Shown here: positions 7,275 to 15,417 of the stretch, one piece after another
Position numbering within the stretch: the stretch's first letter is position 1
Layout: every line of letters begins with the position of its first letter
Source of the DNA: Catalimonadaceae bacterium
GTDB taxonomy: Bacteria; Bacteroidota; Bacteroidia; Cytophagales; Flexibacteraceae
Length of the DNA: 24,000 nucleotides
Direction: 5' to 3'
Assembly (NCBI GenBank): GCA_044379485.1
Contig: JBIPOE010000001.1
Location: 143,990-167,989 of the forward strand
Position numbers and translations under genes: made by a program
Notes under the pieces: generated by a model
Seen by the model: only the letters and a program-made list of their open reading frames with translations
What the model was told of the DNA's origin: nothing
Databases searched by the model: none

Positions 7275-9990
7275 AATTGAAGCGATCTAACAAATGAGAG
7301 TTGACGGCATACTGAACATCAGCCTGGTAATCGCTTGCTGGAAAACTGATGGCGTAGCCAACAATTGGTTCGGATCCCTTTGGCAAACCAGCGCCTTCTG
7401 CATCAAGAAGATATATTAGCATCAAAGGCGTTTTTTTGTCCCGAATGTCTTTTCGGACGATGTCACCACTCGGATAGGAGGGAGTGCCTTTTTTGCCACT
7501 GTTCTCCCATGAGCGACGTGTTATTTGCATAGCAAGATCAAGCTCTTCGCTAGTTAAATCCAGAAATTCATGTCTTGGGCTGATCAAATGGGATTTCTTT
7601 AGGTAGTACACGTCTGAATTTGATGCGACATCATCTCTCATCCGTAAAAACTGTCCTATTTTAACTTCCTCGTTTTTCAATGAAATCACGGATTCTGTCT
7701 CTGCTTTGCGTTTCGACATCAATGCTATGTTCCAGTTCGTCAGTTCACCATTCCGGGTCTGAAGATCAATAAACTGAACCAGATTTGCCGGGTCAGCAGC
7801 CTTTAGATTTTCCGATAGACGGAATCCATTCAGGAATACTTTAATATCAGAGGAACTTACGTTTCTCCACATATAGTTCTTGCCAGGCCTTTCAAATAGC
7901 TCTGGTAAATTCTTTATAAGGTTTTTTGCAGCCGCAAGGTTGCTTTGTATGACTTCTGCTTTTGTCTGAAATTCATACGATTCAACCAGCCTTCCAACCC
8001 ATGAAATCCGGACTGGAACGGCATTACGAATTTTATTTGATGCAGAGATTTGCAGAACTCCTGGGTGGGTTCGCACTTTTAATGCAAACTTTTCAGGGGT
8101 GGAACCCGCTATATCAGCCATATAATCAAATTCACCTCTCAATTCTTCGGAAGCCTTGGTGATATGGCAAAACCATTCATTGAGTTCCCGACTGGTAAAC
8201 AATCTGCACAAATCGGAATATCCATGCCTATATCCAAACCAACGTCCCATTTGCATAAGCGTATCGTACATTCGCGATGCCCTCAAGTAATAGCTCACAG
8301 ATAAGCCTTCCAATGTAAGGCCCCTGGATAGCTTATCACCTCCAACTGCAATGATGGAAAGCCCGTCTTTATGGTCGAAATAGTTCAGAGCATCGCCAGA
8401 CCCTCCGTTGATTTCTCGGACTTCAATTTTGGTGACAGCAGGGAATAACTCCCTTTTTACATCCTCCCATTTATGTTCTGCAATGCCAGGATCCTGTTTA
8501 AAAAAGGAAGAATTCATGATCTGCCGTGTGGTGTTCACAAACGACTTTTCACCAGGTAAATCTTCCTCGAATAGTGTTTTTAGTTCCTGTAATACTTTCG
8601 GATCATTCAATTCAATCGCCTCTTGATATGCCTTAAATGTATTGGCAACCAGCGTTGAAACTTGCTTCTGCCAGTTAATGTAACGGGAAACGTGAATGAG
8701 CATGGAATTGTGGACATCTTTCTGGCCCCTGACTCTGCGGATGGCGCAGGTCAGAATAAAACTTCGGATGGCTCTTTTCAGACTCTCCGGCAATTGGGTT
8801 GGTAACGAATCGTCCTTTTTATGGCCGTTTGGAACGAAGTCAGCATAATCATCAATTCTCCTTACAATGGGTAGAACAAAATCTCTGTCCTCATCATCTT
8901 CAAGAGGTTCAAATCCAAAAACTTTGTTTGGTCCTATGTAATTGCTGGGAGCCGGGATGTTGATGATGAAATCACGGGGGAATAAATCGTCTTCCTTGAT
9001 ATCGATAAAAATATTAGCAAATGGGGTTGCTGTATAGCCAACATAGCCGCTTTTAGCAAAAAGACTTAAGATGTCCCGGATATGTCGGTTTATGGTGGTA
9101 CTAGTTGTTGGGCTGGTATTGATAGATGCATTGTCTGCTTCGTCGTCAATCAATAAAAGTGCCTTATCCCTTATTTCTCTACTTCCATCAGGTAGAATAA
9201 TCGCCTTAGATGCCAGCCATTGACTCAAATTCCGAAGTACACTTGCATTCTTTTTTACAACAGCTACTATTGGTTCTTCCGTCTGAAAATTTATTGCGGT
9301 GTTGGCTGCACGGTTATTAAAGTCTCCTTTGTCTTCACTGGTTGTCATGGAATGCGCAATGGTGCCGGGAATTGGTTTGCCAACCCCTATCCATTGATTC
9401 TGGTTGTTAAAAGCTCTTCCATGTTGGGTGTCAAATCCAAGAACACTTTCATCTATCCTCAACTGTGTCTGGCTACGAAGATTATTGTGAATCCCGGCAA
9501 GGACGATTATGAGTTTGTACCCTGAATCAGCTGCCTTACAAATCAATCCGGAGTAGTTAGCGGTTTTTCCAGATTGGACCTGACCTACAACTAGGCCTCT
9601 TTTATCCATTTTAACTTTTGGCTCAGGATCAAAAAGACCGTCCAATATTTTATCAGTAAGGTGGTCTAGTTTTGTTAATACTGTATCAGGAAATCCTTTC
9701 TCACGGTCCAGGTAATCCCGATATCTTTTCCAGAAATTCCATTTGAGTCCATTCGCTCTTTTATTGGCAACCCACGGTTCTGGTTTTCGAACAATTTGTC
9801 TGAAATCATCCTGATAAATATTGACAACCGCCTGAACTTCATTAATTAATCGGGTTCTGTCCAGGTCCGAAAAATCAGGCATTAAAAGGAACATGTCAAC
9901 TTTAGCCTTTATTTCATCTGCTTTGGCATCATTTCCAGGCAACATTTTCCGGATAATGTGGACTGCTGTTTCAATTTTATTTTGATTCAT
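7234..9990 (-). CDS. SF2-type ATPase/helicase-like protein with C-terminal Z1 domain
   Basis: Walker A GQVQSGKT. DEAD-like Walker B LLIDDEADNAS. Motif III-like GYTATPFAN. Z1-type block GGDKLSRGLTLEGLSVSYYLR...QMGRWFGYRHGY. Confidence 0.85.
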   Translation of the reverse strand: MNQNKIETAVHIIRKMLPGNDAKADEIKAKVDMFLLMPDFSDLDRTRLINEVQAVVNIYQDDFRQIVRKPEPWVANKRANGLKWNFWKRYRDYLDREKGFPDTVLTKLDHLTDKILDGLFDPEPKVKMDKRGLVVGQVQSGKTANYSGLICKAADSGYKLIIVLAGIHNNLRSQTQLRIDESVLGFDTQHGRAFNNQNQWIGVGKPIPGTIAHSMTTSEDKGDFNNRAANTAINFQTEEPIVAVVKKNASVLRNLSQWLASKAIILPDGSREIRDKALLLIDDEADNASINTSPTTSTTINRHIRDILSLFAKSGYVGYTATPFANIFIDIKEDDLFPRDFIINIPAPSNYIGPNKVFGFEPLEDDEDRDFVLPIVRRIDDYADFVPNGHKKDDSLPTQLPESLKRAIRSFILTCAIRRVRGQKDVHNSMLIHVSRYINWQKQVSTLVANTFKAYQEAIELNDPKVLQELKTLFEEDLPGEKSFVNTTRQIMNSSFFKQDPGIAEHKWEDVKRELFPAVTKIEVREINGGSGDALNYFDHKDGLSIIAVGGDKLSRGLTLEGLSVSYYLRASRMYDTLMQMGRWFGYRHGYSDLCRLFTSRELNEWFCHITKASEELRGEFDYMADIAGSTPEKFALKVRTHPGVLQISASNKIRNAVPVRISWVGRLVESYEFQTKAEVIQSNLAAAKNLIKNLPELFERPGKNYMWRNVSSSDIKVFLNGFRLSENLKAADPANLVQFIDLQTRNGELTNWNIALMSKRKAETESVISLKNEEVKIGQFLRMRDDVASNSDVYYLKKSHLISPRHEFLDLTSEELDLAMQITRRSWENSGKKGTPSYPSGDIVRKDIRDKKTPLMLIYLLDAEGAGLPKGSEPIVGYAISFPASDYQADVQYAVNSHLLDRFNYDDTLPDDYDNED

Positions 9991-9992
9991 TA

Positions 9993-11459
9993 TTAAATAT
10001 CCAATAGGTGAGGGAACTGGTTGAAAGGTTCCATGCTTAATATTTGAGATTTTGCTTCATCAGAGCTGACTCCTTTGGAAAGCATGCTTTCCAGCATTTG
10101 AAGCATTACCATTTTGATTGGTCCGGTATCGGCACCCTCAAATGCGGCACCATGTTTTTCGGGCTCTTCGCTTTCTTTGATGGTGATAAATGGAACTGGT
10201 ACAGTTTCTTCAATAAACCGGAACAACTGTTCAGACTGTGTGGGGTTTCCCATCTGGCTTAGCATTTCCATCACAAATGGGTGATCCCGGTTTATTGCAT
10301 AAAATCGTTTCCCGTGCCGAACCTTTTCCTGCCAGATAGGATGGAATTTTTCAGACCTGAATTTTTGTTGCAGTACCTTTCCCTTGTGGCGGTACACTTC
10401 AACCGCTCTTGCCCTTACGTTAGAGGCATAAGCCTTAAGTTTGTCCTGAAGGTTTAATGGAGGTCGTGCAATCGATTTCTTGATATCTATCTGCCACTCT
10501 TCATCCAGATCATTCGGGAGGTCAATCTGAATCCGAGCTAGTTTATAGTGTTCTTCTTTTTTAAACATTCTAAACCAGTCACCAGCAACCAGAAGCCGCT
10601 CGTTCCGATAGATATAAAAACCCTGGTGGGCATTCCAGCCAAATGGTCCGCTAGCGGCATTGAAATCTCTGTCAGATTCAAATTTGGACTTATGAGGCAG
10701 AATAAATCCTTTGACCTTTACTCTTGAATTCAGAAGAGGTTCAACCGGCATTTTCTGGGTGGCCGGGTTGCTCTCTAAAAAGGGATCCCAGGCTTCCAGT
10801 GGTCGTTCCTGAAAATAAATATGGATTTTACCTGAGCCAATAAACCGATGGAACACGATTTCCAGATGACTCTTAACTTTTTTAAGCTCAGCCAGAAATT
10901 TTGAACGGGCTGCTTCATCTTCTTCCGTCACATTTTTAACCAGTCTGTCCAGTTCATTCCAGACAACCACGGTCCCGGATGTTTGGGTTGTCAGCCAATC
11001 AAGCTGGGGCTGATCGGGTTGCATTTTGATAAGGTTCCATTCCCCGGAATCCCGAACATAATCCAGATTCCATGTCCAGTAATCCGGTTGGGTTTCTTTT
11101 GTTTTTGTAAGGACCGTCAACCTGCGGCACTGTGAAAAGGAAGCTGTTTTCAGGCCCAGACCAAAGCGTCCCAGATCTTTGGCATGCCTTGATTCGGTTG
11201 GATTTTTACTGCCGGGCCTCATTGCCTGAACCAGTTGTTCACTGTTCATTCCTGAGCCATCGTCCCGAATAGAAAGCCATGTTTCCGAGCCCTTCCACTC
11301 AAAATCTACCCAGATATTTTTGGCTCCAGCCGAAATGGAATTATCCAGAATATCCGCTACTGCTGCTTCCATGCTGTAACCTATTGCACGGAAGGTTTCA
11401 ATCATGGAGGAGGGATCTGGTTCAGCACTCTGAACTACATAATTAGGGTACTTAGTCAC
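9993..11459 (-). CDS. GHKL-superfamily ATPase (HATPase_c_3, MutL/MORC-like)
   Basis: Bergerat-fold motifs: N-box ADILDNSISAGA, G1 IRDDGSGM, G2 GRFGLGLKTAS. 8-nt overlap with the methyltransferase gene. Confidence 0.85.
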   Translation of the reverse strand: MTKYPNYVVQSAEPDPSSMIETFRAIGYSMEAAVADILDNSISAGAKNIWVDFEWKGSETWLSIRDDGSGMNSEQLVQAMRPGSKNPTESRHAKDLGRFGLGLKTASFSQCRRLTVLTKTKETQPDYWTWNLDYVRDSGEWNLIKMQPDQPQLDWLTTQTSGTVVVWNELDRLVKNVTEEDEAARSKFLAELKKVKSHLEIVFHRFIGSGKIHIYFQERPLEAWDPFLESNPATQKMPVEPLLNSRVKVKGFILPHKSKFESDRDFNAASGPFGWNAHQGFYIYRNERLLVAGDWFRMFKKEEHYKLARIQIDLPNDLDEEWQIDIKKSIARPPLNLQDKLKAYASNVRARAVEVYRHKGKVLQQKFRSEKFHPIWQEKVRHGKRFYAINRDHPFVMEMLSQMGNPTQSEQLFRFIEETVPVPFITIKESEEPEKHGAAFEGADTGPIKMVMLQMLESMLSKGVSSDEAKSQILSMEPFNQFPHLLDI

Positions 11460-12714
11460 AGTTTATGTGGTTTTTTAAAATGATAGCTATTTGAAAAGCC
11501 AGAAGAGGCGGTACCGCATTGCCAATCTGCTTGAATGCTGGGCCTTTACCTGTTTCTTGTTTTACGCTTTCAAAATAGAAGTCATCTGGAAAGGATTGAA
11601 TTCTGGCAGCTTCACGAACGCTGATGGATCTATTTTGACTTACATCTGGGTGTATGTAGTAATGGCCATCTTTATGGATGTGGGCTACTACAGTGTGAGA
11701 AAATGATTTATCAGGGGCAACTACTTTAAATCGGTCATGAAAAGAATGTCTGTTTTCATGAGTTTTTAACCGGTCTTCCAATTCATTATATAACATTCGA
11801 GTGCCTGACTCATTCCACTGGTTGGCGACTTTTCTATATATCTCTTTATCCTGTTCGGAGTGGGGACGGGCAACATGGAGCGTGAGTTCAGGAATTCCAT
11901 TTCTTATTCCTGCCCAATTAAGGTATTCACTTTTTTCACCTGAATATCGACCTGATTTGAAGCATCCCTCTCCAGCTTGAAGATCTGGAAGGTCTTTAAA
12001 CAAATCAGCAACTTTTGCCGAGTACGGAATTTTAACCTTAGAAAGATCAAGATTCGAGAGATCAGTTGATTGATCCCAGCCTATTATAATGAGTCTCTTT
12101 CTGTTTTGCAGTACACCGAAGTGGTTCGCTTCAACAGGGTGTACCTTAATTTTATAACCTGACTCTAGAAATCTGCTCTTCATTTCTTCTAGGTAGTATC
12201 CCCCTTTAGCGGAAAAGAGCCCTGTTACATTTTCAAATACGAATACTTTGGGTTTATACCGGTCAAGGTATTTCGCATACTCAAGAAACAGGAAGTTTCG
12301 GGGGTCCCCTTCCATTTTATTTTTATCTCTTGCTCTGCCTACCAATGAGTAAGCTTGGCAGGGTGGACCACCGATTATTAGATCTACTTTATATCCATTT
12401 AGCGACTTATCGATTTCAGTAAATATTTTTGAATTATTCTCTTCACCTATTGAAAGGTTAATAACTGCTTCTAGTTTTTCATTTGGAACGAGTGCATAGA
12501 GATCGGTCCGTGAAAGTTCTCCTCTAAGATATTTTCGATATTCGTCTATCTGTCCGTTTTCAACAAGGTAATGATATGCTGCTCTTGTCCTAAGCGTAAA
12601 ACAAGCTGCTTTGTCCATCTCAACATGTGAAATTGCTTCAAAACCTGCCCTAATGAATCCTTCTGAAAGTCCACCTGCTCCAGCGAAAAGATCAATGAAT
12701 CTTAATCTTTTCAT
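11452..12714 (-). CDS. dcm: DNA (cytosine-5) methyltransferase
   Basis: Motif I DLFAGAGG, IV GGPPCQAYS, VI FVFENV, VIII QNRKR, IX REAARIQSFPDDF, X GNAVPPLLA. Confidence 0.95.
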   Translation of the reverse strand: MKRLRFIDLFAGAGGLSEGFIRAGFEAISHVEMDKAACFTLRTRAAYHYLVENGQIDEYRKYLRGELSRTDLYALVPNEKLEAVINLSIGEENNSKIFTEIDKSLNGYKVDLIIGGPPCQAYSLVGRARDKNKMEGDPRNFLFLEYAKYLDRYKPKVFVFENVTGLFSAKGGYYLEEMKSRFLESGYKIKVHPVEANHFGVLQNRKRLIIIGWDQSTDLSNLDLSKVKIPYSAKVADLFKDLPDLQAGEGCFKSGRYSGEKSEYLNWAGIRNGIPELTLHVARPHSEQDKEIYRKVANQWNESGTRMLYNELEDRLKTHENRHSFHDRFKVVAPDKSFSHTVVAHIHKDGHYYIHPDVSQNRSISVREAARIQSFPDDFYFESVKQETGKGPAFKQIGNAVPPLLAFQIAIILKNHINCD

Positions 12715-12935
12715 TAGTTCAGAAATAATTCAGAGTTGAAAAATTCCTTTGGATTGGTTTCCAGTCCAATCAGAATCTTCTCCAGACTTTCAATGGAAAT
12801 GTTTCGTTTTCCATTTTCCACATGGTTCATGAAGGTGCGGTCAACCTCAGATTTCCATGCGATTCCTTCCTGTGTCAGATTTTTTTCTGTGCGCAGTTCT
12901 TTAATGCGCAACCCGATTTTGACTTTGATGTCCAT
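12714..12935 (-). CDS. XRE-family HTH protein, controller (C-protein)-like regulator of the methyltransferase operon
   Basis: 73 aa. HTH IGLRIKELRTEKNLTQEGIAWKSEVDRTFMNHVENGKRNISIESL. Its stop overlaps the dcm ATG by 1 nt (TAATG). A palindromic operator candidate lies just upstream. Confidence 0.8.
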   Translation of the reverse strand: MDIKVKIGLRIKELRTEKNLTQEGIAWKSEVDRTFMNHVENGKRNISIESLEKILIGLETNPKEFFNSELFLN

Positions 12936-12954
12936 CGGGCAATACTATGCCAGT

Positions 12955-12985
12955 GTGACTTATAATACATTTGTCTTTAAGTCAC
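12955..12985. promoter_or_regulatory. C-box-like operator: GTGACTTA-N15-TAAGTCAC
   Basis: Perfect 8-bp inverted repeat (12955-12962 / 12978-12985), 20-50 nt upstream of the HTH start on the minus strand. The GACT/AGTC half-sites resemble known controller-protein boxes. Confidence 0.5.
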
Positions 12986-13005
12986 GTTTCAAAATGTGGA
13001 AAGTG

Positions 13006-13419
13006 TTATTTTATCTTTTTTTCAAGAGCAGATAAAGTCTCAATTATCGTTTTTGGTTTCAGGTCGCATTCAAAGATTGTGATGATCCGCCAGCCAAGCT
13101 GTTGCAGTTTTTTATAGTTCAATTTATCAAGTTCTATGTTCCGGTTAATTTTAGCCAACCACCATTCCGTCCTCGTTTTTGGTACCACAAAGTACTTGCA
13201 ACCTTCATGCCCATGCCAGAAACAGCCATTTACAAAAATCACGGTTTTGTTTTTGGGCAAAACGATGTCTGGTTTGCCGGGCAATCTTTTGTCATGAAGC
13301 CTGTACCGAAATCCCTGAGCAAACAAAAACTTCCGCACCAGAATTTCCGGTTTGGTGTTTTTGCCTCTTATCTGGCTCATATTGTAGCTTCGGGTCTCGG
13401 GGCTGTTAACATCTGCCAT
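13006..13419 (-). CDS. vsr: Very short patch repair endonuclease
   Basis: ETRSYNMSQIRGKNTKPE...LPGKPDIVLPKNKTVIFVNGCFWHGH...GWRIITIFECDL is the canonical Vsr pattern. It sits adjacent to dcm. Confidence 0.93.
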   Translation of the reverse strand: MADVNSPETRSYNMSQIRGKNTKPEILVRKFLFAQGFRYRLHDKRLPGKPDIVLPKNKTVIFVNGCFWHGHEGCKYFVVPKTRTEWWLAKINRNIELDKLNYKKLQQLGWRIITIFECDLKPKTIIETLSALEKKIK

Positions 13420-13422
13420 TTT

Positions 13423-13707
13423 CTAAACCACTACTTCTTTTCCTGCAAGGGCTACATCAATATCTTTCATCATTTGAACTGCTTTAAAAAATGCCTCCTC
13501 TATTGAGGTTGCATGGCAGACATAACCGCCTTCATCCAGAGGCCACAGTATAAAAATGCCTTTCAACTGGCTGAAATCTATGTAATAAGGAAATTCAAGC
13601 CCCTCGTCAAATGTGATGTTCACTGCCATAGATTCTTCTGCATTGCGAAAAATATAATTTCCATCGTATTCGGCTGTAAGAGACCAGTTTGGTGGGATAT
13701 GAATCAT
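13423..13707 (-). CDS. Hypothetical 94-aa protein (weak HicB-like resemblance in EGGYVCHATSIEEAFFKAVQMM)
   Basis: ORF with a 4-nt overlap to the upstream HTH gene and a 3-nt gap to vsr. Function not recognised. Confidence 0.55.
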   Translation of the reverse strand: MIHIPPNWSLTAEYDGNYIFRNAEESMAVNITFDEGLEFPYYIDFSQLKGIFILWPLDEGGYVCHATSIEEAFFKAVQMMKDIDVALAGKEVVV

Positions 13708-13967
13708 TCTGATTTTTTGGTTTTTAGTTTTTTCATCAGATTAATTTCAAAATCAAGGTGCAAGCCAAATTTCACGAGATAATCAATACTTACTGCAAAT
13801 TTTCCATTTTCAATTTTTGAAATCGTAGATCGGCTTACTTCCATTATTTCAGCCAATTCATCCTGGCTGTATCCTTTTTCTTCCCGAAAGGCACGAATCC
13901 GTTCGCCAATCTTTTGCCTGTTTTCCTTTAGGTAATCCGGTTCAGGCTTAACTTTGGGTTCCGTCAT
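13704..13967 (-). CDS. XRE-family HTH transcriptional regulator
   Basis: IGERIRAFREEKGYSQDELAEIMEVSRSTISKIENGK is the canonical HTH_3 pattern. 4-nt overlaps on both sides. Confidence 0.8.
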   Translation of the reverse strand: MTEPKVKPEPDYLKENRQKIGERIRAFREEKGYSQDELAEIMEVSRSTISKIENGKFAVSIDYLVKFGLHLDFEINLMKKLKTKKSE

Positions 13968-14371
13968 GCAGGTTGTGTGACAAACAAAGCACCGTTGTGT
14001 TTTACTCCATTCCGGTCAATAATGGTTACAAATACATTTGTTGCTACACCAGTTGGCTCCACTGTCATATCAATTTTTACCGCTTCTGATTGCACACCTA
14101 AGACGGTTCCCATTATCCTGGTGTTGTCGGCTTTTGTTATTGTAACTTCATGACCTATTAAATCACCTGTTGGTGCATCAACAACGATTAAATCTTCAAG
14201 GAAAACGGTATTAATTGGAACAAGAGATAATCCTGTATTCAGGGCTTTGATATCTACCCGTGCAGTTGGTCCTTCTCCCATAATTTCAAGAACTACATAC
14301 AGTTGATCAGGGTTTTCATCTTCAAGAGGTGTGTGAAATTTTGCGATCTGTCCGGCTTTGGTAGGTTCCAT
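13964..14371 (-). CDS. Hypothetical 135-aa protein, predicted beta-rich, first gene of the string
   Basis: Clean ORF with a 4-nt overlap to the next gene. No recognisable motif. Two internally similar halves are possible. Confidence 0.55.
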   Translation of the reverse strand: MEPTKAGQIAKFHTPLEDENPDQLYVVLEIMGEGPTARVDIKALNTGLSLVPINTVFLEDLIVVDAPTGDLIGHEVTITKADNTRIMGTVLGVQSEAVKIDMTVEPTGVATNVFVTIIDRNGVKHNGALFVTQPA

Positions 14372-14520
14372 TTTTGTTGTGCAGTTTATATAGTGTTGCC
14401 CCCGCTTTTATGGATGTAAAATTAAAAATAACAATTGATTTTAGTGCAATATATTGAACATTTTTTTTGAAAGTCTTCGTGAAGATTAAAAAATAAAAAT
14501 TGATTTATTTTGGTCTTACT

Positions 14521-14601
14521 GTTGTTGCACATTTAAAAATTTTTCAAAATGTGCAACACACCTTGTTGCACATTTTTATTTTTTTATAAATGTGCAACAT
14601 G
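14521..14601. repeat. Hairpin-repeat family, copy C: two tandem perfect hairpins (12-bp stems TGTTGCACATTT/AAATGTGCAACA, 12-nt AT loops)
   Basis: Stems at 14523-14534/14547-14558 and 14564-14575/14588-14599. About 85% identical overall to 2334-2416, with the same two-unit architecture and orientation. Confidence 0.9.
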
Positions 14602-14658
14602 TGGGTGAAATTCAAAACTCCGCTATGAGGAAGGATATTTTTATATCAGCCCGTCCTA

Positions 14659-14859
14659 TTACGGATACCGCAATTCTCTTCCGGAATCCAGCCATTTCAG
14701 AAATAAGCGTGTTTCTTCGACTGATAATTCCAGGGATATAAAATCACCCAAAACCTTTTTTGCAAATGGCAGGCTTTGAATGCATTGCCTGAAATCTGCC
14801 AATTCAGATTCTGAAAATTTTAGGGAGCGCCCCCTGTACCTGATCTTTTTTGTTTCCAT
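14659..14859 (-). CDS. Hypothetical small protein (METKKIRYRGRSLKFSESELADF...)
   Basis: ORF only. The N-terminal basic segment followed by SESELADF vaguely recalls small RHH/mobilisation accessory proteins. Confidence 0.35.
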   Translation of the reverse strand: METKKIRYRGRSLKFSESELADFRQCIQSLPFAKKVLGDFISLELSVEETRLFLKWLDSGRELRYP

Positions 14860-15155
14860 GACTTTTGTAAATAAGAGGCCCCGCCACACACGCAGCAGGG
14901 CTTCAATCCTCTAAATTTAGTTTACCAATACGGTTTTTGGCGGTAGTTTTATGTTTCATATCCTTTTTCGGGCTCATCGTTTAAAAATTTTTCTATTACC
15001 TGCAGCTGTGCTTTTTCCATGGCCACAGCCAGGGGCAGATAGAACAAGACTTTTACAAGCAGTGGTTCCATTTGTGTTTTAATCAGATAAATTTTAAAAA
15101 CCAGTTTTTGGATACGGGATGCTGTCAAGTCTTTGTTGATCCCGGCTGATATTCC

Positions 15156-15292
15156 CCAATCCGGAAAACATCCCTTTGGAAGAAATCAGAAAAGCGATAC
15201 TGGCCTCCTGTAACGTCAATAAAAACTTCGATCGCCTTCCATGGTCCTTGCCCAACATCCGCAGCCATCCCTACGACCCGGAGCTAGACCAT
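15156..15292 (+). repeat. 137-bp module, copy 1 (degenerate coding fragment ...NPENIPLEEIRKAILASCNVNKNFDRLPWSLPNIRSHPYDPELDH)
   Basis: 129/137 nt identical to 16636-16772. It has a TGA 6 codons upstream and a TAG 2 codons downstream, where copy 2 has TTG. Confidence 0.9.
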
Positions 15293-15304
15293 TGTTAGTA
15301 TGAG

Positions 15305-15339
15305 GAAAAGTAAAAAGTAGAAAGTAAAAAGGCAAAAGT
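15305..15339 (+). repeat. A-rich heptad element (GAAAAGT AAAAAGT AGAAAGT AAAAAGG CAAAAGT) associated with each 137-bp module
   Basis: Related copies are at 16549-16577, 17645-17672 and 19683-19707. It follows the module in copies 1, 3 and 4, and precedes it, forming the N-terminal codons SKVEKLKFKS, in copy 2. Confidence 0.7.
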
Positions 15340-15374
15340 GGAGGGCGGGTTCGAAACCGGTTTTCTTTTGCCTT
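15329..15374 (-). terminator. Candidate intrinsic terminator of the MNT-HEPN operon
   Basis: 10-bp stem AAGGCAAAAG/CTTTTGCCTT (15329-15338/15365-15374) with an inner GGTT-cga-AACC hairpin. On the minus strand a T-rich run follows it, 44 nt after the HEPN stop. Confidence 0.4.
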
Positions 15375-15417
15375 CCTGGCCCTGAAGAATAAAATCCAAA
15401 AATCGTAAATGGAAATA

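Noticed and set aside
13102-13506. Plus-strand ORFs 13102-13506 and 13179-13409
   Set aside because: They are antisense to the unambiguous vsr gene.
14372-14520. Promoter elements for the 11-gene string
   Set aside because: The region is AT-rich with several partial TAnnTTTG-like matches, but none has convincing spacing to a -33 element or to the ATG, so no call was made.
14950-15072. A 41-codon minus-strand ORF (MEPLLVKVLFYLPLAVAMEKAQLQVIEKFLNDEPEKGYET)
   Set aside because: It is too short and has no recognisable features, so it cannot be supported from sequence alone.
15341-15362. A tRNA-like T-arm sequence (GGGTTCGAAACC), hinting at a tRNA gene or tRNA-derived att site
   Set aside because: No acceptor, D or anticodon arms can be built around it. 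It sits in the loop of a larger hairpin that is better explained as a terminator.
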